Of a stretch of DNA of 43,336 nucleotides, positions 29,894 to 38,549 are shown one piece after another. Below the pieces are notes generated by a model. It ran no database searches and had not been told where the DNA came from. It saw only the letters and a program-made list of their open reading frames with translations. The DNA is from a virus, in the IMG/VR virus record IMGVR_UViG_3300042478_002332; one strand, written 5' to 3'. How positions within the stretch are numbered: the stretch's first letter is position 1; each line of letters begins with the position of its first letter. Both the position numbers and the translations under genes were made by a program.

Positions 29894-30604
29894 TCAGACC
29901 GCGCGTACCTTGTCGCGGAAATACTGCGGCAGTTTGGCGAGCGCCTTTTGCACGCTCGCGCTCCCCATGTAGGGCCGCGCCGGGTATCGCGCCTGCTTGG
30001 AAATGCTGGTACGTTCCCAGTTCCGCGAACGAAATCCGCGGCTAGTCCATAGCAGCGATCCAACGTGCAATTGCCCATTGGCCCGCCGCGCGATCGCGCG
30101 GCCTTTGCGCCGGCGCTCGCGTGCCATGTAGGCCGCACGCACGTTGATGCGGTAAGCGGTGAGCGTCAGCGTGCCGCCGAACTCATGGAGTTGATTGAGC
30201 CACGCGGCTTTTTCCGGCCCGATCACTACGCTTTTTGTGGAGCGATCGTAGTAGTCGCGAACGTCGCGATATAGCCAGCGTTTCGGCTCCCACGATTTCG
30301 CCGGCTGCCCAGCCGCCCGCGGCTTGCCGCTGCCGTAGGGGGTGATATCTTGATAAAGCCCGCCGACGAACTCGACTAATCGGCCTTGCTTGCTGGCCTT
30401 TTTCCATGTCTTCGTTTTCTTTGGCGCCCTTTGGCCTATCGCGCGCTTTGTCGCCTCGCGCACATCGTGGCCGGCTTTGTTCAACGCGCGGAACTGCATT
30501 TCTCCCAGCGTGCGGCGCACGCTGGCAACGTCGAAATACCCGCGGCGCATGCGGAACCGCATCGCGAGCCGCGCTTGATATTCGGCCGACTGAACGCGAG
30601 CCAC
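29894..30604 (-). CDS. neck / tail-completion protein candidate (236 aa)
   Basis: Lies between the head-closure genes and the tube genes. Called by position only. Confidence 0.4.
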   Translation of the reverse strand: MARVQSAEYQARLAMRFRMRRGYFDVASVRRTLGEMQFRALNKAGHDVREATKRAIGQRAPKKTKTWKKASKQGRLVEFVGGLYQDITPYGSGKPRAAGQPAKSWEPKRWLYRDVRDYYDRSTKSVVIGPEKAAWLNQLHEFGGTLTLTAYRINVRAAYMARERRRKGRAIARRANGQLHVGSLLWTSRGFRSRNWERTSISKQARYPARPYMGSASVQKALAKLPQYFRDKVRAV

Positions 30605-30605
30605 G

Positions 30606-31049
30606 CTAGGTTTCCGTAGTGCAGACGCGGTAGGTCGCGCTGATCACGGCGCGCCATACGTTGCGCTCATCTAGGGCATCGTCAGGATTGATTTCGATGG
30701 AAACCGAAATAGGCGAGGTTACGCCATAGGGCCACGGCGATTGCCAGTTGTGCGCCCGCACAAGCGCCAGGATTTCTTCGGCTAGGTCGAGCATCCCGTC
30801 CGCGTCCGCGTCCGCTGTAACGTGGCGCCCTAGGAACACGTTCGCCGTGTAATCGGTTTGATGCTGCGTGCGCCCGATCCGCTCCGATTGGATGCCGCCG
30901 GGGGTGACGAAGACGATCGGATGCGTCATATCCTCCGCGGACACGGCAGCCCAGTTCCGGCGCTGTACCGTAGTGCTGGCAATCTCCATTGCCGTTCCGG
31001 TCAGCGAGCCGGCGAGCGCGTCACAGATCGCGAGGAGTGGGGAAGCCAT
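30606..31049 (-). CDS. head-tail connector protein candidate (147 aa)
   Basis: Called by position only. Confidence 0.4.
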   Translation of the reverse strand: MASPLLAICDALAGSLTGTAMEIASTTVQRRNWAAVSAEDMTHPIVFVTPGGIQSERIGRTQHQTDYTANVFLGRHVTADADADGMLDLAEEILALVRAHNWQSPWPYGVTSPISVSIEINPDDALDERNVWRAVISATYRVCTTET

Positions 31050-31052
31050 TCG

Positions 31053-31319
31053 TTATTCCTCCACGCTTTCCGCCGGCAGCAACGCCAGCGCATCCGCCCA
31101 CGGGATCACCTCGACCGCGGGCAGCAAAACCGACCGATCGGCCGCGGCCCACATTCCGTGCAGCAATCCGCCTTCGCCCACTTCCGTTAAAACGTCGCCG
31201 CAGAGCATGAGCCGGCCGTCGATGAGCGTCCGCGGCATCGGAACGCAATTCGTATTGCCATGCTCCGCGTGCAGTTCCGCGAGCCGGGCGGCGAGCGATT
31301 GAGTGAGTTGCGCGATCAT
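31053..31319 (-). CDS. hypothetical protein (88 aa)
   Basis: Track ORF in the late operon. Confidence 0.45.
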   Translation of the reverse strand: MIAQLTQSLAARLAELHAEHGNTNCVPMPRTLIDGRLMLCGDVLTEVGEGGLLHGMWAAADRSVLLPAVEVIPWADALALLPAESVEE

Positions 31320-31348
31320 TTGCTTGCCGCCGAGGTGTGTGACGCGAC

Positions 31349-31657
31349 TTATCGCACCGGCTGCGGCCTGACAAACAGAGCCTCCAGCCCCGCCTTCACA
31401 TCACTGCCCAGCAACTCCAGCACGCGGGCTTCAACCTGCGACTGCGTGTAGTCGCCAGCCGTGTCGTAGGCGGCGCCTTCCCACAGGGCGATTGCCTGCG
31501 GGCAGGGCCGAATCCGCGCCACGCAGGTCTTCGTCTTCGCGTTGTCGATGATCGTCACATCTATTTCGGTCAGCGTGATTGGCTGAAACGTGCGAACCTC
31601 GCCGCTGGCGCGGGTGATCGCTGGAGGCTGAATGGTGACGGGCTGGGACAGATTCAT
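31349..31657 (-). CDS. hypothetical protein (102 aa)
   Basis: Track ORF. The start abuts the stop of the repeat protein gene. Confidence 0.5.
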   Translation of the reverse strand: MNLSQPVTIQPPAITRASGEVRTFQPITLTEIDVTIIDNAKTKTCVARIRPCPQAIALWEGAAYDTAGDYTQSQVEARVLELLGSDVKAGLEALFVRPQPVR

Positions 31658-31658
31658 G

Positions 31659-32948
31659 TCAGATAACTCCCAGAATAGAGGAACCGTTGATACCTAACTG
31701 CGCTCGGGAAAAGGTGAACGTGCCATTTGTGATGCTATTTGTGAGTCCGGCGGTAGCCATCACAGGATCGCCATAGATTGTGAGACCGCCGTTGAACGAG
31801 CCGCCAGAACGAACGTCCGAACGATCGTAGAACTCCGCGAAGCCGCTGACGGAGCCGCCAGTGAAGTACGAGTTGTCGAAGAACTTCGTATCGGCTCCGT
31901 TGAAGGTGCCGTAGCCTTGAGAGTTGTCGTAGAACGTCGCGTTGCCATTGACGGTGGCGCTGTAGTTTTGCGAGTAGTCATTGAATGTCGCGTTGTTAGT
32001 GATGGTGCCGCCGTTCTCGTTGGTCGAATACTCATAGAATGTCGCGCTGCCGAGAGTGCCGTTGTTTGACGCAGTGCCGTAGAATGTGGCGCTGCCGTTG
32101 ACGGTGCCGCTATAAAAGTTGTCAGCATCTATGTAAAACGTGGCGTCTCCGAGGACGGTGCCGTAGTTGCCGGTCGCACCGGTGTGGAACGTCGCGTTGA
32201 TATCGACGATGCCGTAGTTTTTTGCATCACCGTAGAACGCGGCGCCGCCCCAGACGGTGCCGTTGTTGTCGCCGTAGAACGTCGCGCTTCCGCTAACCGT
32301 GCCGTTGTTGGCTGAATTGTGGCCGTTGAACGTCGCGTCTCCGCTGACGGTGCCGTTGGTGCTGTTGGCTGAATCAGTGCCGTTAAACTCCGCGTCTCCG
32401 CTGACGGTGCCGTCGTTGATTGAAAAAGTGCCGTTAAACTCCGCGTCTCCGCCGACGGTGCCGCCGATGTTGTTGCACGAAGAATCGTCGTTGAACGTCG
32501 CGTCTCCGCTGACGGTGCCGTTGTTTCGCGAGACGCTGTTGAACGTCGCGTCTCCGCTGACGGTGCCGTTGTTTTCCCAATTGCCGTTGAACGTCGCGTC
32601 TCCGCTGACGGTGCCGTAGTTGATGCCCCAGCCGTCAACAAAATTGGCTCGCCCGGTATATGTCAGCGTCCTTCCTGCGGCGAGATATCCCCTAACGAAC
32701 TCCACAGTGCCGGTGCCGGTGACCGTGATGTCCAGGTCGATATTCGTTTGATTCGCGGTCAGATTGGCTACTGTTGGCTGCGCCCCGCTGTTGGTGCATT
32801 CAGGGCCGTAAATGTGAACGCTGTCGCTGCTCGTCGGCAGCGCTGCGGCAGCGTTTCGTGGATCGGCTTCGGGCGGGTCTGTCCACCAGTTGCCCAGAGT
32901 TTGCCAATCGGAGTCGCCGCCGTTGTTGTCAAAATACAGAGTTGCCAT
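31659..32948 (-). CDS. beta-solenoid-type repeat protein (about 17 copies of G-T-V-S-G-D-A-T-F-N/Y-G...N-N)
   Basis: Units read directly: NYGTVSGDATFNGNWEN, NGTVSGDATFNSVSRN, NGTVSGDATFNDD..., GTVSGDAEFNG..., through GSVSGFAEFYD. Confidence 0.7.
   Translation of the reverse strand: MATLYFDNNGGDSDWQTLGNWWTDPPEADPRNAAAALPTSSDSVHIYGPECTNSGAQPTVANLTANQTNIDLDITVTGTGTVEFVRGYLAAGRTLTYTGRANFVDGWGINYGTVSGDATFNGNWENNGTVSGDATFNSVSRNNGTVSGDATFNDDSSCNNIGGTVGGDAEFNGTFSINDGTVSGDAEFNGTDSANSTNGTVSGDATFNGHNSANNGTVSGSATFYGDNNGTVWGGAAFYGDAKNYGIVDINATFHTGATGNYGTVLGDATFYIDADNFYSGTVNGSATFYGTASNNGTLGSATFYEYSTNENGGTITNNATFNDYSQNYSATVNGNATFYDNSQGYGTFNGADTKFFDNSYFTGGSVSGFAEFYDRSDVRSGGSFNGGLTIYGDPVMATAGLTNSITNGTFTFSRAQLGINGSSILGVI
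32321..32620. repeat. Six near-identical DNA copies of cgcgtctccgc(t/c)gacggtgcc(g) with a period of 47-57 bp, inside the repeat-protein gene
   Basis: Direct reading of lines 32281-32640. Confidence 0.85.
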
Positions 32949-32951
32949 GTC

Positions 32952-33590
32952 TTAGTACCCCATCACAAATGCGATGATGTCCCACTTGTCCCGCCCCGCG
33001 TGATACGTTGCAGCCAGAATGTCCATCCTGTTTGCCGCCGTCGAGAACGGCAGCGGCGATGTGGCCGACGAGGGGATGACGAACTTGTTGCCCAGCGTCA
33101 CCGTCCTGCTGCCAGTGCCATCCTGTGTGATCCGCCAGCGGATCGTCTTGCCATCGACGGGGTTCGTCGGATTGGCGAGCGTGACGTTGCCAGTGAGGGT
33201 GAGGTCGAAGATGTCGCCAGCACTGGCGTCGGTGGTGACGGTGGCGGCGTAAGTCAGGGCGACGACTTTTGGTGCCGTGCCAGCGTTGAACGCAACCGGC
33301 GAATCGAAATGAATCGTTTGCGGCGCGAACGATGGGTCGCCGATCATCACGCTGCGAATCCGACCGCCCTGCCAGTTCAGTTCGTAGCCCACGGCGCAGA
33401 ACAGCGAGATGCCGTTCGCCCCGCCGGTCATGTTGTCGAACGTGCCTACAAGGATCTTGGTTCCGTTGTAGAGACCGAACTCCCCGCCGTTTCCAAGCGA
33501 CACATCGGAGAACGTCACACTGTCAGTCGTGTTTAGTGATTGGTCATACGAACCACCGCCGCCGGTCGCCGGGATCGAATAGAATGGCAT
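32952..33590 (-). CDS. fibre-like protein (212 aa)
   Basis: The N-terminus GGGGSYDQSLNTTDSVTFSDVSL resembles phage fibre N-termini. The location inside the head-connector block is unusual. Confidence 0.45.
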   Translation of the reverse strand: MPFYSIPATGGGGSYDQSLNTTDSVTFSDVSLGNGGEFGLYNGTKILVGTFDNMTGGANGISLFCAVGYELNWQGGRIRSVMIGDPSFAPQTIHFDSPVAFNAGTAPKVVALTYAATVTTDASAGDIFDLTLTGNVTLANPTNPVDGKTIRWRITQDGTGSRTVTLGNKFVIPSSATSPLPFSTAANRMDILAATYHAGRDKWDIIAFVMGY

Positions 33591-33600
33591 GAGTTGCTTC

Positions 33601-33969
33601 CTACGTTGTCACGCCCACGCGCTTCGTATGCACGCGGATAGTCGAATGGAACGGGTCGCCGTGATGGTAAAGCGGCACGCCGCGCGGCGAAACCACTTCG
33701 AACACAACCGAAACCCCGGCCAACGTTTCTACGATGCGATCCCCGCGCTTCGGCTCGCTATGCGGAAAATCCGCCGTGCGAAAAATGTAGTCACGGGCTT
33801 CCCAGGTTTCCGAAACGCCGGATTGGTCTTGCGATTCAAACACGCTGCGCCCGACAACCGCCGTCGCCGTGGCCGAAGCCACGCCGCGGCGATACTCGAC
33901 CGCGGTTCCGGCGCTGGCTTTCAGTTGATCGGCCAGCCACGCGGCGCCGCTGCGGATTGTGTCTGCCAT
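33601..33969 (-). CDS. head-tail adaptor candidate (122 aa)
   Basis: Lies after the capsid and decoration genes. Called by position only. Confidence 0.4.
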   Translation of the reverse strand: MADTIRSGAAWLADQLKASAGTAVEYRRGVASATATAVVGRSVFESQDQSGVSETWEARDYIFRTADFPHSEPKRGDRIVETLAGVSVVFEVVSPRGVPLYHHGDPFHSTIRVHTKRVGVTT

Positions 33970-34048
33970 TGCGCCGCTCCCATCCCACGCAAGACCCCCG
34001 GCGCGCCCGGTTGGGCCGCGGCCGGGGGCTTGCGGTGGGAATCAAAAA

Positions 34049-34372
34049 TCAACCCATGTTGATCGCAACGAACACGGAAGCGTCACCGCTGGCCGCGGCG
34101 ACCGCGGCCTTACCGGCGCGCTTGTTGCCGCTGGCGGTGGTAGTCATGTTGGAATTGGCCGAATCCCAGTAGACCAGCGCACCCTGACCGATCGCGCCCG
34201 CAGCCTTGGGGAACGAAAACACACCATCGACCGCGACGGCGCCGAGCGTGTTCGCCGCGATCGGGCGATCCGCAACGGCAATCGTGTCATTGAGAACCAC
34301 CACGGCGCCAACGGCGACCGCGCTCCCCGGCGTGTAGTCCCACTTCTTGCCAACTTGCACAAAAGAAGCCAT
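34049..34372 (-). CDS. DUF2190-family protein (capsid decoration/cement-type)
   Basis: YTPGSAVAVGAVVVLNDTIAVADRPIAANTLGAVAVDGVFSFPKAAGAIGQGALVYWD is the DUF2190 pattern from memory. Confidence 0.65.
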   Translation of the reverse strand: MASFVQVGKKWDYTPGSAVAVGAVVVLNDTIAVADRPIAANTLGAVAVDGVFSFPKAAGAIGQGALVYWDSANSNMTTTASGNKRAGKAAVAAASGDASVFVAINMG

Positions 34373-34410
34373 GAAACCCTACTTTCTATCGATTGGTTTT
34401 GATTAGTCAT

Positions 34411-34444
34411 GCCACCGCGGCGGCGCCTATGCCGCCGCGGTGGC
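34411..34444 (-). terminator. 14-bp-stem hairpin between the capsid gene and the DUF2190 gene (attenuator or terminator candidate)
   Basis: GCCACCGCGGCGGC-ataggc-GCCGCCGCGGTGGC. Confidence 0.55.
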
Positions 34445-34461
34445 TACGGTTCGAATCAACG

Positions 34462-36297
34462 TCAAGCGGTCGCCATGCGGTAGGCCGCGAGCGATTCGCC
34501 CTTGGCGCAACCGAAGTCCATGTAGCCGCGGAGCGTCACGCCCAGCACGGAAGCATCGGCCTCGACCTGTTCGATCGTCGGCGCCTGCTGCCCGTTCAAG
34601 AAAACAACGTCCATCGCGGGCAGATCGGCCGCATCCGCACACAGCCACCAAGTAGAGGCGCTGGAGAGATACGCGGACGAAACCACGCGATAGCGACCGG
34701 CGAGAACGTTGGCGTTCCCCTGGGCCGTCGTGTTGCCGCTGATGAGGAGCGAACTCGACATCATTTCCGCGGCAGTCAACTCCAGTTCCGGCGGAACCAG
34801 AAGCACGCGCGGCGCGATGCCGAGCGGGTTCCCATCGGGATCGGTCAACTTCCGATAGGCAGTAGCGGCAGCCTTCAGCGAGGTGAGCGACAGCGCGTTA
34901 CCGCTGCCAGCCGTGGCCTTGCTGTAATAGGTGCTATTGCTGCTCTGGAACTCACCCCAGATCACATCGTTCATCGCGAGGGCCGCACCGCGACCAATGC
35001 GCGAAGTGACCGCGCTAAGCGCGTTCATATCGTCATTGATCAGATCGGTGCGCGTGATGCTAGAAGTGACACCGTAGGTTTCCGCCGAAACGGAACGCTT
35101 GCTATCGCTCGCGTCAGCCGATTTCAGTTCGCCACCGTTGCCAACCTTCGAAAACTTGAACGAACCGTTCAAGCGGAAAAGGTTAATCGCCTTCAGATCG
35201 GAAACGCTACGGGTCTGCGAAACCGAATCCCAAGTCCGCTCCACGGCATTGAAACCGGAAAGGAGGAACTTGTTCGCGACGGCCGACAGAATGTCGGAAA
35301 TCGCGTGCGTGGCGAAGGCCGCGCGGATCACCTGGGGGAGATTCGTCGCGCTGATCCGGTGCGAACCGTTGTAGCCGTTCGCGCGGGCAGCCTCGACAAA
35401 CACATCACCAAGCGAAACCGTGCGCTTAATCTTCTCCGCGGCTTCGATCGTCCGCTCGTCGAAAGCCTTATCAGCATTCGGCAGACCGGCCTGGAGACAC
35501 AGCGCGGCCTCGACCACGCGACCCTGATCGACCGTATCGGCCACAACATGAACGGCCGGGGCGCGACTCTCGCGCGTGGCCTGCAACTTCTGCATGGTTT
35601 CGACTTTCTCCGTAAGGGCAGCGACCGCAGCCTTAAGGCCGGCGGAATCGTCGGCGGTAGCGGTGATGGCGGGGGCTTCCACGGCGACGGTCGCCGGGGC
35701 TTCCGTTGCGGCCGAAATCGGCTCAACGGGCGTATCGTTGGCGTCGTGCGCCATAGGTGTTTCCTCCGCGTCTGCGGCGATTTGCACGGCGGTTGCGTCA
35801 TCCGCGCCAAGGGTGACAAAAGAAACCTCCCGCAACGTGGAGGCTTTTACGATTCGGATCGGGCCGTGGAACGATTGCCCGTTCACGCTTACGGTTTGAT
35901 CGGCCGGGATGCGCTCATGGCGCGAAACGTCGGCGCCGATGGAGGCTTGCCAGCGGAAGCCCTTATCGGCCAACTCCAGCACGCGCGAGGCGCTATCGGT
36001 GGAAGCCAGCATTTCGGCTTCTACGATCAACTGCCCGCCTTCGATGCCGTTTGCGGTGGTCTGCCCCAGGATGGAACCGAGCGCGTAATCGTGGCCCAGC
36101 ACGATCGGGATTTGCTGCCGCAGTTTCATTCCGGCAAGGTCAATCACGATCGGCTCGCGCGACCATCCCTGCCGGATGGCGCCGCCCGTGTAGGCGACGA
36201 TGCGAACCTTGCGCGGGCCAACGCTTTCGCCTTCGGCCGCAGCGGCAGCCGCGACGAACTCCACCGGCATTTCCGAAAAACAGACTTTGGTTTTCAT
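34462..36297 (-). CDS. fusion of an HK97-type prohead protease (S78-like), an Ala-rich linker/scaffold and a major capsid protein
   Basis: The N-terminus QIPIVLGHDYALGSILGQT...REVSFVTLGAD is the protease pattern. The C-terminal 350 aa or so look like an HK97-fold/Mu gpT-like capsid. ATGA overlap with the portal stop. Confidence 0.65.
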   Translation of the reverse strand: MKTKVCFSEMPVEFVAAAAAAEGESVGPRKVRIVAYTGGAIRQGWSREPIVIDLAGMKLRQQIPIVLGHDYALGSILGQTTANGIEGGQLIVEAEMLASTDSASRVLELADKGFRWQASIGADVSRHERIPADQTVSVNGQSFHGPIRIVKASTLREVSFVTLGADDATAVQIAADAEETPMAHDANDTPVEPISAATEAPATVAVEAPAITATADDSAGLKAAVAALTEKVETMQKLQATRESRAPAVHVVADTVDQGRVVEAALCLQAGLPNADKAFDERTIEAAEKIKRTVSLGDVFVEAARANGYNGSHRISATNLPQVIRAAFATHAISDILSAVANKFLLSGFNAVERTWDSVSQTRSVSDLKAINLFRLNGSFKFSKVGNGGELKSADASDSKRSVSAETYGVTSSITRTDLINDDMNALSAVTSRIGRGAALAMNDVIWGEFQSSNSTYYSKATAGSGNALSLTSLKAAATAYRKLTDPDGNPLGIAPRVLLVPPELELTAAEMMSSSLLISGNTTAQGNANVLAGRYRVVSSAYLSSASTWWLCADAADLPAMDVVFLNGQQAPTIEQVEADASVLGVTLRGYMDFGCAKGESLAAYRMATA

Positions 36298-37724
36298 GCG
36301 TCCTGCGGCTCCGCTTCGGGTTGCATCGCGGGCGAAGCCGGCGCGATATCCGGCAGCCCTAGTTCGCGCTGGAGCGCGATTTCCGCGGCACGCTGCCGCA
36401 ATTCGGTTTCCCAGTTTTTCCCGGCCTTCGCGTATTCGGCGGCAAGCGTTGTCGTGTTCGTGCGCAGCCGCGTTTCGGTCGCGGTGGCTTCCTTCGCCGG
36501 GTCAACGTGCTCGCGACCGTCCCAAACCCAAGCCCAATTCCATTCCGCGATCGGCGGCAAGCCGGCGGGGATCATGCCTTCGATTAGCGCGGCTTCGTCA
36601 AGCCACGCGAGGAACACGCGATCAAGGCAGATGCGTTCCAACTCGTCGCGCATAACGCGCGTGTTCGCCTGATGGATGGTCGAATCCATCCGGCCGGAAG
36701 CGTAGTTGTATGAGGACGAATCGAGCGCTGAAATGTTGAAGGGCAGACCTACCGAGCGCCCGATTTCTCCTACGATTTCGCGCTTGAACGCGGCATAGGT
36801 GCTAGTCGGTTGCTCCGCTTTCAACTGCGAAACGCTCCAGCCTTCCGGCAGCGTCACCAGCGAACGCTTCTCAATGTCCATCGATTCGAACGGGGTAACC
36901 TCGTCCACTTCCGCGGCGGGGCTGTTCGAATGGATGAACGCGGCAAGATCGGCCGCGGTTTCCGCGGCGGCAATCGTGGCTTCCGTGTAGCGGCGCAGAT
37001 TCGCGAACAGCCGCAGCGATGGCGCGATTTCCGAAACGCCGCGGTTTTGCTGCGGGCGAATGCGGTTGAACCAATGCACCATATTCCGCGCGTCCACGCG
37101 CGTGAAATCCGTGGCTGCCGTGTACCAGTTGCTACCGGGGTGGTAGCGCAGCACGCGGTAGGCAATCACGTTGCCCGCGGCGTCAAACTCCAGCCCATCG
37201 ACCGCGGAGCCTTCGGGCGTGATGCCTTCGTCCATGCCGAGCGGCGTGGCAACCATTTCGGCTTCGATAAGCCGAATGTCGAGTTGCACGCCATCCAACG
37301 CCGGATTGCTGAACAGTTGCGCGAATGCCTCGCCATCGATAAGCCTCGCCTGCCGCATCGTGCGGAGTTTCGCCGGCAAATCGATGCGCCACATATCATC
37401 GAAAAAGCGCTTTTCGACTTCGCGATCGGCTTCCGGCGCGCCGGTGGTGAGTTGCAGCCGCGGCCCCGTTCCCACCAAATCCACCGCGAGCGTTTCCGCG
37501 ATGCCGGCGAGATAGGAATTGTTAATGCGTTCGTATCGGGCGCGATTGCGCATCCGCGCCCGCTTCAGCGGCGTAAGCGCCCCGTCCATCGACAGATAAT
37601 CGGCATTGGCCCAATGCCGGTGATCGTCGGTTGATTCTGCCGCATCGAAGCCCGCGCGCACGCGAGCGGGCGGCGCCGCAACCCGCGCCCGCTTCTGCCC
37701 GAACATACGCGACAGCATTCCCAC
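36294..37724 (-). CDS. portal protein (lambda-family-like)
   Basis: 476 aa. RARYERINNSYLAGIAETLAVDLVGTGPRLQ resembles the lambda-type portal N-region. Lies after the gpW-like gene. Confidence 0.75.
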   Translation of the reverse strand: MGMLSRMFGQKRARVAAPPARVRAGFDAAESTDDHRHWANADYLSMDGALTPLKRARMRNRARYERINNSYLAGIAETLAVDLVGTGPRLQLTTGAPEADREVEKRFFDDMWRIDLPAKLRTMRQARLIDGEAFAQLFSNPALDGVQLDIRLIEAEMVATPLGMDEGITPEGSAVDGLEFDAAGNVIAYRVLRYHPGSNWYTAATDFTRVDARNMVHWFNRIRPQQNRGVSEIAPSLRLFANLRRYTEATIAAAETAADLAAFIHSNSPAAEVDEVTPFESMDIEKRSLVTLPEGWSVSQLKAEQPTSTYAAFKREIVGEIGRSVGLPFNISALDSSSYNYASGRMDSTIHQANTRVMRDELERICLDRVFLAWLDEAALIEGMIPAGLPPIAEWNWAWVWDGREHVDPAKEATATETRLRTNTTTLAAEYAKAGKNWETELRQRAAEIALQRELGLPDIAPASPAMQPEAEPQDA

Positions 37725-37921
37725 TAGTACGATCCCGGCGGAATCAACTTGTTGAACCGAAGGCCGCGCGACTTCGTTCCGGCGGCAGCCTTCGCGGCCA
37801 AATACTTGTCCGCTTCGATCTGCTTGGAAATGTCCTGCGATTCGACTTCCCCGGCATCCGTGCGCACCCTCCTGGGGCCGGTCGCCGTGGATTCGATCGC
37901 TTCGCGCAGTTCGTCGCCCAT
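37724..37921 (-). CDS. gpW-like head-tail joining protein (65 aa)
   Basis: Called by size and position directly upstream of the portal. Sequence pattern is weak. Confidence 0.5.
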   Translation of the reverse strand: MGDELREAIESTATGPRRVRTDAGEVESQDISKQIEADKYLAAKAAAGTKSRGLRFNKLIPPGSY

Positions 37922-37929
37922 ATGCCCTA

Positions 37930-37964
37930 ACGCTACGCGCTATCGCGCCGCGTGTACGGGTCTA
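37930..37964 (-). promoter_or_regulatory. Bipartite motif copy b: TAGACC-N23-TAGCGT, 8 nt before the gpW-like ATG
   Basis: Minus strand: CCATAGACCcgtacacgcggcgcgatagcgcgTAGCGTtagggcatATG. The TAG is the GNAT stop codon. Confidence 0.45.
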
Positions 37965-38384
37965 TGGCTGCGAGCGCACCCAATCGGCGCCGTTCCATTC
38001 GAAGCGCCTAACGTCTGGGAATAGCATCCGCTCCGCGATGCGCTGCGTAGTCTCGCTGAATACCGCGAGCGTCTGCCCGCGGTCGAGAATGCCCGCAGCC
38101 ATGAGGAACGTAGACAGCGCGGACGCAATGCCGCGACCGTGGAAACGTTCGTCCGTGAACATTTCCAGCGTTTGCATTTCGCGCCAGCGGTGGGAGCAAG
38201 CCCACGCGGCTAGGCAGCCATCCGAATGCCAAAGGGCTATCGGGGTGGCGCTGGAACCCTCGCCGTTGAGAACGCGCAGAATCTCAATCTGGAACTCGCT
38301 GCCCGAATGCGTGAGCCGGCGAGCAATCGCCACGGCATCGGATTCGGCTAGACCATCGGCAGCGATGAGCGAAATTGTTTCCAT
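37962..38384 (-). CDS. GNAT-family N-acetyltransferase
   Basis: ...TDERFHGRGIASALSTFLM is the motif A R-G-x-G-x-A pattern. 140 aa. Confidence 0.7.
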   Translation of the reverse strand: METISLIAADGLAESDAVAIARRLTHSGSEFQIEILRVLNGEGSSATPIALWHSDGCLAAWACSHRWREMQTLEMFTDERFHGRGIASALSTFLMAAGILDRGQTLAVFSETTQRIAERMLFPDVRRFEWNGADWVRSQP

Positions 38385-38390
38385 GCCGGC

Positions 38391-38426
38391 AGGCTACGCG
38401 GCGAGGCCGCGCGGCCTGCGGGTCTG
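38391..38426 (-). promoter_or_regulatory. Bipartite motif copy d: CAGACC-N24-TAGCCT, 6 nt before the GNAT ATG
   Basis: Minus strand: CCACAGACCcgcaggccgcgcggcctcgccgcgTAGCCTgccggcATG. Confidence 0.4.
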
Positions 38427-38549
38427 TGGCCTAGTCGCCCCACGCGGCAATCCGGTGGGCATCGTGATCGTGCGGGGGAATCCACATTCTCGCCTTACCC
38501 CTAGCCGCAGCCGCCAAATAGGAGCGAATGCACCGCGCGGCGCATCGCA

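Noticed and set aside
32321-32620. Regularly spaced direct repeats that superficially resemble a CRISPR array
   Set aside because: The repeats are about 24 nt with 23-33-nt variable parts. They all sit in one long ORF and encode the GTVSGDATFN peptide repeat. No cas genes or leader are present.
31760-32641. Alternative-frame ORFs (122 and 170 aa, Thr/Ala/Ser/Arg-rich) inside the repeat-protein gene
   Set aside because: They are frame artefacts of the DNA repeats. The 429-aa frame is continuous, has a coupled start and stop, and has a sensible composition.
34393-36672. 759-aa plus-strand ORF, the longest ORF on that strand
   Set aside because: It lies antisense to the capsid-fusion and portal genes. 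The sequence is Arg/Gly/Ala-rich and low-complexity, typical of shadow frames in GC-rich DNA. It has no RBS and no recognisable motif. The minus-strand genes have clear family signatures.
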